In this document: positions 28,068 to 40,987 of the stretch, one piece after another
Layout of the letters: each line of letters opens with the position of its first letter
Position numbering within the stretch: position 1 is the stretch's first letter
Source of the DNA: Eledone cirrhosa
Lineage: Eukaryota
Direction of reading: 5' to 3'
Assembly (NCBI GenBank): GCA_964016885.1
Contig: OZ024741.1
Span: 21,514,001-21,578,000, forward strand
DNA: 64,000 nucleotides
Position numbers and translations under genes: made by a program
The notes under the pieces: generated by a model
What the model saw: only the letters and a program-made list of their open reading frames with translations
What the model was told of the DNA's origin: nothing
Databases searched by the model: none

Positions 28068-28138
28068 GAGATTCTAGTGAACACATGCTCCTTCTTTTGA
28101 ACACATTAGAAGAAATCATTTTCAAACGAAAGAAACAG
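28068..28138 (+). CDS. NOC3L: NOC3L exon (GDSSEHMLLLLNTLEEIIFKRKKQ)
   Basis: ttccag acceptor and CAG/gtaaat donor. A phase-1 join completes Gly, and the exon ends in the KRKKQ motif. Confidence 0.9.
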
Positions 28139-28440
28139 GTAAATTAACACTCTTTCATTCTCTCTTTTTCTCTCTTTTTTCATTCTTTCTTTCTGTCTTT
28201 CTCTCTCCTTTTTCATTCTTTCTCTCTTTCTTTCCACTAGTTGGTAATAAATGATTTCTAATTTAGGCACAAGGCCAGCAGTTTGTAGGGAGAGGATAGT
28301 CAATTAAATCAACCCCAGTACATGACTGGTACTATATTTTATCAACCCTGAAAGAATCTAAAGCAAAGTTGGTGTAAAGAGCTGGAACAAATACTGCAAA
28401 GCATTTGTCTGATACTCAGATACATAAATCTTTATTTCAG

Positions 28441-28551
28441 ATCACCAAACATCGTGTGCTGGCCTTCATGAAGCGTCTTTCTACTCTCACATTACAAGGC
28501 TTACCAGAAGCTTCCATTGCTCTCCTTGGTGTTGTCCGCAGTCTTATACAT
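28441..28551 (+). CDS. NOC3L: NOC3L exon (ITKHRVLAFMKRLSTLTLQGLPEASIALLGVVRSLIH)
   Basis: tttcag acceptor, gtaagt donor, 111 nt, RxLAFxKRL motif. Confidence 0.95.
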
Positions 28552-28606
28552 GTAAGTCTTGTATCAGTTTATTTACTTTACTAGTAAAATTACTGCTGTT
28601 TTGGCA

Positions 28607-30969
28607 GACCACTTTACAGTGTGGACTGGGTGCTTTGTGTCATGATACCTACATGTCTACTTTACAGTATGGACTAGGTGTTTTTTGTCATGACACCTAC
28701 ATGACCACTTTACAGTGTGGACTGGGTGCTTTTTGTCATGATACCTACATGACTACTTTATAGTGTGGACTGGGTGCTTTTTGTCATGATACCTACATGA
28801 CTACTTTACAGTGTGGACTAGGTGCTTTTTGTCGTGACACCTACACGACTACTTTACAGTGTGGACTGGGTGTTTTTTGTCATGATACCTACATGACTAC
28901 TTTACAGTATGGACTAGGTGTTTTTTGTCATGATACCTACATGACTACTTTACAGTGTGGACTAGGTGTTTTTTGTCATGATACCTACATGACTACTTTA
29001 CAGTATGGACTAGGTGTTTTTTGTCATGATACCTACATGACTACTTTACAGTGTGGACTAGGTGCTTTTTGTCATGATACCTACATGATTACTTTACAGT
29101 ATGGACTAGGTGTTTTTTGTCATGATACCTACATGACTACTTTACAGTATGGACTAGGTGTTTTTTGTCATGATACCTACATGACTACTTTACAGTGTGG
29201 ACTAGGTGCTTTTTGTCATGATACCTACATGACTACTTTACAGTGTGGACTAGGTGTTTTTTGTCGTGACACCTACATGACTACTTTACAGTGTGGACTA
29301 GGTGCTTTTTGTCATGATACCTACATGACTACTTTACAGTGTGGACTAGGTGTTTTTTGTCATGATACCTACATGACTACTTTACAGTGTGGACTAGGTG
29401 TTTTTTGTCATGATACCTACATGATTACTTTACAGTATGGACTAGGTGTTTTTTGTCATGATACCTACATGACTACTTTACAGTATGGACTAGGTGTTTT
29501 TTGTCATGATACCTACATGACTACTTTACAGTGTGGACTAGGTGCTTTTTGTCATGATACCTACATGACTACTTTACAGTGTGGACTGGGTGTTTTTTGT
29601 CATGATACCTACATGACTACTTTACAGTGTGGACTAGGTGCTTTTTGTCATGACACCTACATGACTACTTTACAGTGTGGACTAGGTGTTTTTTGTCATG
29701 ATACCTACATGACTACTTTACAGTATGGACTAGGTGTTTTTTGTCATGATACCTACATGACTACTTTACAGTGTGGACTAGGTGTTTTTTGTCATGATAC
29801 CTACATGACTACTTTACAGTGTGGACTAGGTGCTTTTTGTCATGACACCTACATGACTACTTTACAGTGTGGACTAGGTGCTTTTTGTCATGATACCTAC
29901 ATGACTACTTTACAGTGTGGACTAGGTGCTTTTTGTCATGATACCCACATGACTACTTTACAGTGTGGACTAGGTGTTTTTTGCCGTTACACCTACATGA
30001 CTACTTTACAGTGTGGACTAGGTGCTTTTTGTCATGATACCTACATGACTACTTTACAGTGTGGACTAGGTGTTTTTTGTCGTGACACCTACATGACTAC
30101 TTTACAGTGTGGACTAGGTGCTTTTTGTCATGATACCTACATGACTACTTTACAGTGTGGACTAGGTGCTTTTTGTCATGATACCTACATGACTACTTTA
30201 CAGTGTGGACTAGGTGTTTTTTGCCGTTACACCTACATGACTACTTTACAGTGTGGACTGGGTGTTTTTTGTCATGATACCTACATGACTACTTTACAGT
30301 GTGGACTGGGTGCTTTTTGTCATGATACCTACATGACTACTTTACAGTGTGGACTAGGTGCTTTTTGTCATGATACCTACATGACTACTTTACAGTGTGG
30401 ACTAGGTGTTTTTTGCCGTTACACCTACATGACTACTTTACAGTGTGGACTAGGTGCTTTTTGTCATGATACCTACATGACTACTTTACAGTGTGGACTA
30501 GGTGTTTTTTGTCGTGACACCTACATGACTACTTTACAGTGTGGACTAGGTGCTTTTTGTCATGATACCTACATGACTACTTTACAGTGTGGACTAGGTG
30601 CTTTTTGTCATGATACCTACATGACTACTTTACAGTGTGGACTAGGTGTTTTTTGTCATGATACCTACATGACTACTTTACAGTGTGGACTAGGTGTTTT
30701 TTGTCGTGACACCTACATGACTACTTTACAGTGTGGACTAGGTGCTTTTTGTCGTGACACCTACATGACTACTTTACAGTGTGGACTGGTTGCTTTTTGT
30801 CATGATACCTACATGACTACTTTACAGTGTGGACTAGGTGTTTTTTGTCGTGACACCTACATGACTACTTTACAGTGTGGACTAGGTGCTTTTTGTCATG
30901 ATACCTACATGACTACTTTACAGTGTGGACTAGGTGCTTTTTGTCATGATACCTACATGACTACTTTAC
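28607..30969. repeat. 48-bp minisatellite of about 49 units (GACTACTTTACAGTGTGGACTAGGTGCTTTTTGTCATGATACCTACAT) in a NOC3L intron
   Basis: Tandem array with no visible indels and 16-aa periodicity in the ORF track. Confidence 0.99.
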
Positions 30970-31108
30970 TTTTGGTGAGGTAGATCTAGGCACATGTACG
31001 AGAGGCAGAGTGTTCAGGCATGTGTAGAGTGTTAGGACATGGGATGTGCAAGAGGGGGAGGGGTGTGAACAGAAATCAGTAATATTTTAATCATGTTTTA
31101 TTTTGCAG

Positions 31109-31237
31109 TCTTTTCCCTATACTGATGTGATGTTTGAAAACGAGAAATCTGGAAGTGGATTGTTTACGCCAGAAGTTGATGATCCAGAGTATTGTAATGC
31201 ACATAATTCTTCCTTATGGGAACTGGCACTTTTACAG
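31109..31237 (+). CDS. NOC3L: NOC3L exon (SFPYTDVMFENEKSGSGLFTPEVDDPEYCNAHNSSLWELALLQ)
   Basis: tttgcag acceptor and CAG/gtaaat donor. Carries the conserved GSG..PE.D.PEYCNA...LWEL motif. Confidence 0.96.
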
Positions 31238-31816
31238 GTAAATCTTTCAGATATTTACCTTGGTAGAATCAGTTGAGCGTCGGACAATATGTTTGAGATT
31301 GATATTGTTTGACACAAATCATCACCATTTTACGTCTTTTCTTCCATGCTAGCATGGGTTAGATGGGTTGTCCTGCTGTGGGCAGTGTCTGGTCGGGTGA
31401 CCATGCCTTGCTCATACAGGAACTGATTTTGGCTGTATGAGCAAGGCATGGTCAGCCGACCAGACAAATACAACACACTTTCATTGACATTTCTCTCTCC
31501 CCACTCTCCCTCCTCGTCTCTATCTCCCCCTCCCCCTCTCTCCTATGACATTAATATAACTCTTACTTTTTCATTGTCTCTCATTCACATCTCTCTCTCT
31601 CTCTCTCCCCTCACACTCCACCCCTCTTTCCTTTACTTCTGGCTGGTTCTTTTGATATTGTTTGACACATACAACTCCCACACTCTCATTGGCATCTCTC
31701 TCTCTCTCCTCTACTTTCATTGGCTCTCATTCACATTATTATAGTTTTGATTTTGTGTGTGTGTGGGGGGGGGGCTAAACAGAACTAAGCTGTCATATAT
31801 TACTGTCTCTTTCTAG

Positions 31817-31914
31817 AAACATGCTTCCCCAGATGTCGTCAAGTTTGCTAACTATGTGGCTCACCAGGCCCCCTTCTCTGGTAAAGGCCAGTTACCCCCA
31901 GAACTTTCAAAACT
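31817..31914 (+). CDS. NOC3L: NOC3L exon (KHASPDVVKFANYVAHQAPFSGKGQLPPELSKL)
   Basis: tttctag acceptor and gttagt donor (phase 2). Matches the recalled HxHPxVxxFA...AP..G.G.L.PELS segment. Confidence 0.92.
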
Positions 31915-33872
31915 GTTAGTATAAATATTCACTTTGTTTTTAAGTATAATGTTAACAATGTTGTATGTTATATCCATTAGAGTATAAAGTGCAGGTGTTG
32001 CATGGAAGTAAAACATGTGCAGTAAATGCATAGAATGTGTTATGTGAAGGATGGAGAGAAAATGAAGCGAGCATGCTTTGATGAATGTGCAAGAACGGTG
32101 AAGAATGGGCAAGCTGAGAGAATAAACTAGGTATAAAAGAAATTAAATGTAGTGTGTAAGAGAGACGACTGCGTTGTTATGGACATGTGGTAAATATGGA
32201 TGATGAGCATTGAATAAAGAAGTGTCAGGAGTTCGCAGTGGAAGGAAGCTGCAGTAGAAGAAGACCAAGGAAGATCTGGGCAGAAGTGGTGAGAGGGAAT
32301 CTCAAAATACTGATGATGACAGATGAGATGCTGAAGGAAGACAGGGGTTGGAGAGAAGCTGTGCTGGAAAATATTCATTTAACCCATGCAAACATGAAAA
32401 AGTGGATGATGATGATTAAATTGTGACATACAAGTTGACTAAAATTTAAGGTTGATTAACATAGTAGGATTATAATAGTGACCTTGTAAATGTGGTTGGT
32501 GTTATGAAGGGCATCCAACCGTAGAAAACCTGCCAGATAGTCCTGTACGAGCGAGACACAGTCACCCGACCAATCTTGCCTCAAGTGGGACAACTCCCAT
32601 CTAACCCATGCTAGCGTGGAAGATATTACAAATATTTTCAGTTTGCTGAACTTATCTCATATTTCTAACAAAGACATTACCACCAATAGAAGATAATAAT
32701 CTATATTACAATAAGAGCACTGTGTGTCTGTCTGTTTGTCCCTCCGTTCAGCACGCTCACTTTATATAGAGAGGGGGAGCACCAAGCAAGAGATATGTAC
32801 ATAGATAGAGAGAAAAGGGAACACCGTGTGTGTTTTTGAGGTGACAGAAAGAGGTAGATAGAAAGTTATGATGTCACCCTCATCTGTATAGAGAGAGGGG
32901 GAGTGCCTAGGGAAAGAGATGTACATAAACACATCATTTGCTGAGAGAGAGAAGACATTGCCCTCATCTAATAATTGTTTCTACTTTTGGCACAAGGCCA
33001 GCAATTATTCCAGTGTATTACTGGTACTTTATTTTATCAACCCTGTAAGGATGAAAGGCAAAGTTAACCTCAGCAATGGTTTCTGATTTAGGCACAAGGC
33101 CAACAATTTTGAAGGGATGGGGAAAGTCAATTAAATCAACTCCAGTGCATTACTGGTACTTTATTTTTTTTTACCCCTATAAGGATGAAAGGCAAAGTTA
33201 ACATCGGAAGGATTTCAACTCAGAACATAAAGGGCCGTAACTCTGTGCCGCACAGCATACTGTCTGACGTTGTAACGATTCTGCCAATCCACCACCCTTA
33301 TAGATGATAATTTCTACTTTTGGCACAAAGCCAGCAATTATCCCAGTGCATTACTGGTACTTTATTTTATCGAACCCGTAAGGATGAAAGGCAAAGTTAA
33401 CCTCGGCGGGATTTGAACTCAGATCATAAAGGGCCGTAACTCATTGCTGCAAAGCATGGTGTCCCACCCTCTACCGATACTGCCAATTCACCGACCTTAA
33501 CCACCGCAAAAATAATGTCAGCCCCCACAAACATCAAGAGTAGGTTTACTAAAATGGAAAACTACAAGGTGCAGCATAAATTAACCAAAAGCCAAATTAG
33601 TGATTTCACGATTTAGTTATGCGAGTGGGCAGTGGTCATCTCAATAAGGCTTTTTGTTTTGGGGGGATTAACAAGAGGAAGAAGGAAAAGTGGAAATGTG
33701 TCAATCATCAGAGCGCCGGATATTAAGTGGTTTTAGTTCCTGTCGTCTGTACTGATAATAATAATAATGTACTGAGTGTTCAATCCAGACGATCAATATT
33801 GCCTTTCGTCCTTTAGAGGTCGATAAATAAAGTAGTATCAGACTAAAACAGTAACACTGTGGTCGATTCTAC

Positions 33873-33937
<65 letters not shown>

Positions 33938-35149
33938 GTTTCTAGAGGACTAGAACTGTTTCATTCGGGAGAAATCATCAGGAAGCCATGGATAACAACC
34001 ATGAGCTTGACTGGTCTCACTTGGGGATCCAGCCAGATCAGTTGGACTTGCTGGAAGGAGTGTTTGATGACTCTGCCCCCGTGACCCTCTCAGGAATAAG
34101 TGGGCAAATAGAAATATCATCTTAATGAAATTATAACTTTAGTAAATTCTTCCCAAATTCTTAATTAATTACTTTAATTAAACTACAAAATATATCATGA
34201 GATATACAGTAACGAAAGGGTTAACAATTGCCATTGTTTTACTTTGGGAATGGATTGAAATTGAAATGATTGTGACATTTAGTAATTTTGAAGCTTGATT
34301 CTAAAACTGCTTCATGCACCTACAAGTATTACCATGTAGTTAGTAAATATCTTATTTTGTTGTTCTTCTTTCCATTCAGTTGTCTTTCAGGTAGAACAGG
34401 TAAATCCTGCTGAAATTTGTATAAGTTTATTGATTTTCTTCTTTGTGTCATTGCTGTTTTTATTGGTGTGAACTACTTCCAAAAACTTAATACAGATTGT
34501 AAGGATAAAAATAGTGTCAAGATTATCTTCTTTTCGTACACCCACATATTCCTGGGAGGGTTATAGGGGCAGTCCTCAGAGATGCCTTCCAGGGGGTCGT
34601 ATCCTAAAGTTTGTCTCGAACCTGGAGTCTTATCAGGCCAGTGCTTATCCCAGTTTCTGTGGCACAAAGTGACTGAGAGTACAAGACTATACTCTGGACA
34701 GGACACCAGTCCATCTCAGGGTTAAACCCCAGCTATTGCTGCTGGTACTCATTTTCAGCTGAGTATACTGGAGCAATGTGGAATGAAGTGTTTTGCTGAA
34801 GAACACAGCACACAACCCAGCTCAGGAATTGAACCGATGACATTATGATCATAAGTCCAACACCCTTACCACTAGACCACGCACCTCCACCATAGGGTCC
34901 TATTGGTAACAACCATATGACCCAGCTGGGTCTCCAAGTGAGACTAAAACCCAGATTATAGGTTTTATCTAACCATCTTGCTCGTGATGCTACAAGGTAT
35001 GGGTATGGCTGTGTGGTTCCATGTTCCCTCACACTACACACCACCTTAGGCAGGTATCTTCTATCACTGCCTCAGGTTGGCTAATGCTTTGTGAGTGGGA
35101 TTTGATAGAAAACTGCAGAAGCCTGTTGTATATATATGCGTGTGTGTTT

Positions 35150-35660
35150 CAAGGACTGTGTCAGAGACTCGTAACTTGATGTCAGCCTGGAAAGTGGAGG
35201 CTAGCGACAAACAAGTGGAGAAGAAAAATATATGAAGGATGTCGATCACTCCATGCAAAGACCAAACGGGTTGCCTTCCTTGCAGGTAGACTTCAATTTG
35301 CCATGAGTGTGGCCAAATATGCCCAACAAACGCAGGACTCAAAAACCACTCCAGGAGTCACATAAACAACTTGCCAACTGAATATGCCATGTTCATTGTT
35401 GCAGACCCACTTATGAGGTATGCGGCAAAATCTGCAAGAATCGCTCTGGACTCTCAAGACACTTAAAGACCCATAAAGATCTTCCAATTGAGAGGCCTAT
35501 TCATCAAGTTGTAAATATAGATTGTAGACATTGTGGCAAACTCTGTAAGTGTCTCTCTGACTTCGAAAGTCATTGCCCATCGCACGTTTGTAGCAACAAC
35601 CGACTGTGAATCAATCTGTCAGCAATGGTAAAGCTCGTCTGATGAGTGGACAGCCATCAT
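35150..35660 (+). mobile_element. Degenerate LINE 3' end (RTE/BovB-like) with three C2H2 zinc-finger remnants
   Basis: Manual translation gives CHECGQICPTNAGLKNHSRSH, (Y)EVCGKICKNRSGLSRHLKTH and CRHCGKLCKCLSDFESHCPSH. Confidence 0.65.
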
Positions 35661-35765
35661 ATATGTGTCTTTTGCTGATGGTGAGAAAACTGATAAATTG
35701 GTGTTTTTTAACAAAAATACCTTGTGTTTCATACAAATGTTTCTTTGTTAGTCATCACAAATCCA

Positions 35766-36005
35766 GTCTTCTTGTTGTCATATGACATATGGACAATAAC
35801 TAGAGAGTCAGGTTGAGACCAGCAAGCCAGACCAAGGTAACAATTTCAGCATTATGGATAACCTCCAGGCCACCAAGAAAACATCTGAGTGGGCAATCCC
35901 AAACAATATGAAGTACTAACTGGTCAGGGTCTCCACACTCACATGCTGGGCTGTCCTGGCATGTGTTGTACAGATCTGATTAAGGGACACCCATCCACAG
36001 ATCCA
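35766..36005 (-). mobile_element. 3' end of an Ingi/Vingi (I-group)-like LINE with a C-terminal zinc motif
   Basis: Manual translation DSPACECGDPDQLVLHIVWDCPLRCFLGGLEVIH...WLAGLNLTL*, followed by a very short UTR and an AAG-type tail. Confidence 0.7.
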
Positions 36006-36154
36006 CTGAATTAGTGATTGTCCCATTGGAAATGTAAACTACAATGCTATATCTTCACAATAATCCTTTGATTCTACACGTTTTCCACTTCACCTTCATA
36101 AAGAACCAAATATTCAGTTGTAGATGTTATACAAGAATTTTACCCTAAGTTTAA

Positions 36155-36360
36155 CCCTTTAGCATTTGCATTACTTTATACATTCTATTGTATTTTCGCA
36201 GTAAAGGCTTTATCTCACATAATTATCTCACAAAATATTAAATCTATAAGATTTTGAGGACAATATCTTAACATAAGTATGAGCAGCCAGTTATGGCTGG
36301 TTTGAACAGAAAGAGGTGAGCCCATCCTGGCCGGATATGCCCGGTTTAAATGCTAAAGGG
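36155..36360. mobile_element. piggyBac-like MITE of the same family in opposite orientation; a partial copy follows and shares the TTAA
   Basis: TTAA-CCCTTTAGCATTT...AAATGCTAAAGGG-TTAA. Confidence 0.9.
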
Positions 36361-36703
36361 TTAACCTTTTAGCATTTAAACCGTCTATATCCAGCCAGAA
36401 TTCTCTTCCACGCTAGCATGGGTTAAACGGATTGTCCTGTTGTGAGCAGTGTCCGGTCGGCTGACCATGTCTTGCTCATATGGGAACTGATTCTGGCTTG
36501 ATTTCTACAGCTGGATGCCCTTCCTAACACCAACCTCATTTACAGTGAGTGCTGGGTGCTTTTTTTCCATGGCGCCTACACGTCCACTTTACAGTGTGAA
36601 CTGAGTGCAACCACTAAGCCATGCGCCTTTCAGGCAGTTTGATATCATATGGTTTACTGTTTCTAGTAATGTACTAATTATGTTGCTATTTTATTTCTTA
36701 CAG

Positions 36704-36779
36704 GTCAGCAGTGGATTTATATGAAAAGTACCAGAAACAGAATATAACTAAATTTTCAAAATCTAGGTTAAATAAATGA
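36704..36779 (+). CDS. NOC3L: NOC3L probable last coding exon (SAVDLYEKYQKQNITKFSKSRLNK*)
   Basis: ttcttacag acceptor. A phase-2 join completes CTG, SAVDLYEKY resembles SATELFEAY, and TGA is at 36777-36779. Confidence 0.8.
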
Positions 36780-36870
36780 TTTGATAAAAAGTAGTTGTGT
36801 TTTTTGTGATTTAAAAAAAAATTTATCTTGACCAACAGTACAGTGACACTGAAGGCATTACCACTATTCA

Positions 36871-37080
36871 AGAGTGTTGGATTGGCAGAGTCAGTAGAGC
36901 ACCAGACACCATACTTCGTGGCATGGAGTTACGGCCCTTTACGCTCTGAGTTCAAATCACGCTGAAGTTAGCTTTGACTTTCATCCTTATGGGATTGATA
37001 AAATAAAGTACCAGTAATACACTGAGATCGATTTAATCAACTTTTCCCTTCTCCCCAAATTGCTGGCCTTGTGCGTACAA
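36871..37080 (+). mobile_element. SINE family A with a 15-bp TSD
   Basis: CATTACCACTATTCA at 36856-36870 and CATTATCACTATTCA at 37081-37095. Confidence 0.9.
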
Positions 37081-37107
37081 CATTATCACTATTCATGTAA
37101 AAAATTT

Positions 37108-37325
37108 AATGGTTTCTGATTTAGGCACAAGGCCAGCAATTTTTGGGAGAAGGGACAAGTTGATTAAATCGACCCCAGTGTGTTACTGGTACTTTATTTT
37201 ATCTATCCTGTAAGGATGAAAGGTAAAGCTAACCTCGGCAGGATTTGAATTCAAAAGGTAAAGGGCCGTAACTCTATGCTGCGAAGTATGTTTTCCGATG
37301 CTCTACTGGTTACTGTCAATCCAAT
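37108..37325 (-). mobile_element. SINE family A, tail-to-tail with the previous copy
   Basis: Reverse complement of the family A core. Confidence 0.9.
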
Positions 37326-37558
37326 AACAAATTTCTGTTAAGTGGTGTAACTTATTAGTTTATACTGATGGTTTCAAATTTGTATAATAAGCTAGAATGG
37401 TTTTCTGTTGTCTTCAATACATCCTTCTTTTGAATTGACCTCAGTGCATTACTGGTACCTTATTTTATCAACCCCATAAGGGGACCAGGGAGTTGCTTTA
37501 TTCTGATCAGTTTCCCTACACTGCCCTGCTTTGGGTAATTAGGCTGGGTTTATATTAA

Positions 37559-37753
37559 CCCTTTAGCATTTAAACCAGCCAAAATTATCTCACCTGTTTC
37601 TGTTCAAACCAGCCATAACTGGCTGCTCATACTGATGTTAAGGTATTGTTCTCAAAATAAGTAATAGCAAAATCTCATAGATTCGATATTATGTGAGGTA
37701 AAACCTTTACTGTAAAAATATAGTAAATATAAAGTAATGTAAATGCTAAAGGG
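37559..37753. mobile_element. piggyBac-like MITE of the same family
   Basis: Same TIRs, flanked by TTAA. Confidence 0.9.
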
Positions 37754-39171
37754 TTAAAAAAAAAACTGGAAAATCTTCCACAACAGTCATCCTCATCATA
37801 TTCCCGATTTAGCAAATACCACTACTTGATAGGATTACTACATATTGTCATATACAAACACAATATTTGAACTTAGGCTAACATATTTTCCATTCAAACA
37901 CAACTTATATTTTGACCCAAATTCTTTACATAAAAACATTTTTTTAATAACAACTGAGTGCAAATATATTTAACAGCATGTCTGGAGTAATGGTGTGTTT
38001 AACATTGTTTAAAAAAATAAAAATAATAATGAAAATTATTGTGTACAGTACTACTCAGGTGCACTACAACTCATCAAAGGTGCATGTATAGTACATAGAA
38101 TAATGTACAAATGTCAGGAAAGTGAACAGTGTATGAGTCATGATACACACACACGTGTGTAAAACCACTTTATAAGATTATTACCAATAAGCTTCACAGT
38201 TGATTGATTTTATAACATCAACATTGGTTATTGACTTAAAATGTTTGAAGGAACACAGTGTTGGGATTAATTGAATTATTAATCTAAAAAGAAAATTACT
38301 GATTGGAAAAGGAAAAAACAAAGCTGACTGGGTGAGGGAATAGTGTTTAACTAGCCTAGCAACCTGGCATCTGAATAGCAGTCACTTTGCTTATAAAACA
38401 ACATAAAAAATATTTTATATTGACTAACATACTATTAATGTAGCTGACTCACTAATATATCAATTTAGACTAACATGGTCCATTTAATCACCACAATTTA
38501 AATAATCAATGATGCAGTAACTCTCTTAAAAACATTCTTACTTCTCATTTATCAAACATTTAGCAAGAATTAAAATCAGTTAATCTCAGTTGCCACACTT
38601 TGAGACAACAGATGGTTACTGTATTGCCAGGATTTGGTCCTTAGTAGTGGAGGTTTCAAATCATTCTAATTCACAATAATTCTAAGGCAATATTTCAGAA
38701 TAAGCATATGTGTAAATTTTTCTAAATCTGAGAGTGTACAGTTACTGTTTAGAAAGCACAAGCAGCGACAGTAATCAACTCTGGTAACTAACTAATACAA
38801 TATTTGTAGTAAAAAGCTAGTTTAGAAGAACAATGACTGAGGAGGTCAAAGTATTCAATAATTTTAGTGTTATGTTTGAAGTTCAATGTCTGATAGAACC
38901 ATTGTCTTGTCATGTATTCCTAGAAGCAGTGCCATGTATATGTCTGTCTGTGCCTATATATATATATATATATAAAATATGTATGTATGTGAAAAGTAAA
39001 CAAATAAGAAAGCAAATGACACAATACAACGAAGAAATACATTGGTTTAATGCTTGATATAATAGGAAAAGAGTCTTAACGTTTTGGACACTAGTTCTTC
39101 ACCAGAAGATGTGTGTGTGTACACAGATACACATAATGAACAAAAATACTCAGGCATTTATATAGAGACAT

Positions 39172-39790
39172 CTAAACAAAAATACTCAGGCATTTATATA
39201 GAGACATCTGGGCAACAAGAAGCTGGCCATCGATCCCATACTCCTGCAAAACTTTCCACAGCAGGTCCTGAGGAATGCAGTCATATGCCTTTTCAAGGTC
39301 TACAAAACAAGGATACACCTCTTGGCAATACTCCCACAATTTCTTGAAGACCTGCCGCAGTGTGAATATTTGGTTGGCTCTGCTGCGTCTGGGGCAAAAA
39401 CCACACTGTTCATCAGCTACCTTGAACTCAACAATCTCCCTACATTTCTTTGCCAGACACTTAGCATAGTCTTTGCCAAGGAGGCTTAACAAGGAGATCT
39501 CTATAATTGGAGTAATCTCTCTTGTCACCCTTTTTGAAAATTGGGATTATCACTCCTGATTGCCATTTCTTAGGTGTCTTTCCAGAGATCCAGTCCACTT
39601 GCCACATCTTGGGCAAAATTTCATCCTTGTAACATTCCAGTTACCAACTATCAAGGTTTGCTCCCTTCTGGACCCTCTCCTAGGTCTCAGGATATATATC
39701 CTTTGTGCTTCCATCTCACAACTCGTAGGACCATCAGCAGTTTTTGCAGTATTAGGTGAAGACTGCAATATAGTTTTCAAACAGGCCTCT
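39172..39790 (-). mobile_element. Internally deleted RTE/Expander-like LINE remnant; a matching-type 3' end lies at ~33985-34105 (+)
   Basis: Endonuclease start GNWNVT joined to WQSGVIIPIFKKGD..SNYR, ISLLSL, QCGF, QIFTLRQ and CFVDLEKAYD. The 33985-34105 piece reads DWSHLGI...LPP. Confidence 0.88.
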
Positions 39791-40363
39791 CTAAGGCTTG
39801 AATGTGTTGTTCCTTGTTATTTTGCATGAAGGATGATGCAGTATGACTGCCTTTGTTGTTCCTAGTCCTATTGCAGTGTTTTGGTGGTTTCATTCGCACC
39901 AAACACCAATTTAGTACTTTTCTCAGACCCGCGATGACTAGGCTTTTTTTTACAGGCAGCCTTTACTCACCTTGTCGTAGATACATCACTGAATTTTGAG
40001 AGTTTTCTTAGGAGCTAACAGTGTCACCCATTGTTCCATCTCCCCCAGTAGTTAACTGCAGATGGTCCAGGGTTACTTATTCATCCAGTAAGAGCCGACA
40101 TATATCGCAACCGACCATCATATCTGGTGGCTGTATCACTATCCACCTCCTGTGACTCATTCTCTAGCAGAGCAGCTATATAAGATAGAAAGCAATTGAA
40201 CAATATAATAAACTGGCCCTCTTGTAAAGCATAACCCTTAGCCATACATTTGAGAGCTGATCTCAAATTGCTGAAACTCACAGAAGAGATGACAAAGGAA
40301 TGCTTAAAAGTGGAGAGATGTTGTGCTGAGGAAGACTCATGCAAGCATGGAACAAAGGATGTA

Positions 40364-40523
40364 AGATGATGATGGTGATGGTGAGAATGATGATGATGGT
40401 AATGATAGTGATGACAATGATGATGATGGCGATGGTAATGATGATAGTGATGACTGATGATGCTGATGTGGTAATGATGATAGTGATGACAATGATGATG
40501 GTGATGGTAATGATGATGATGAT
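40364..40523. repeat. Imperfect (GAT)n microsatellite
   Basis: Direct inspection. Confidence 0.95.
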
Positions 40524-40987
40524 AGTTTCATTAGTCATTTCAACTTTCATTCCTTTTCTTTAATTAGGCTGGCTAAAAGAAACATATGTGATGGGTCTGA
40601 TGAGATATTTACACCCCATGATGGGTTGGCACAATCTTCAGGTGTTAGATTTTATGGTATTTCTTCATGCTTTTTACATTCTGAGTTTAAATCTTACTAA
40701 GGTTAACTTTGCCTTTCATTTGTGGGGTAAATAAAATAAAGTACCAGTCAAGTACTGGGGGAGATTTAATTGATTTTTACCTTCTTTTAAATGTCTTGGC
40801 TTTGTTCTTAAATTAGAAACCATTATTTATATGCCATAGATCTACTGAAGTAGAATTAACTAGGGTTAATAAACAACATCATTAATAATTTAATGTGTCG
40901 ATTGGAAGAGTTAATAAATCGATGGTTTTACAGTATTTTCTTGTTAAGGTGTCAGATTAACCTTTTCACGACTATTTCTAATGATAT

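Noticed and set aside
28797-30983. 728-aa Cys/His repeat protein
   Set aside because: A 48-bp unit divisible by three keeps the frame open. The array is intronic, derived from a LINE UTR, and has no unique termini.
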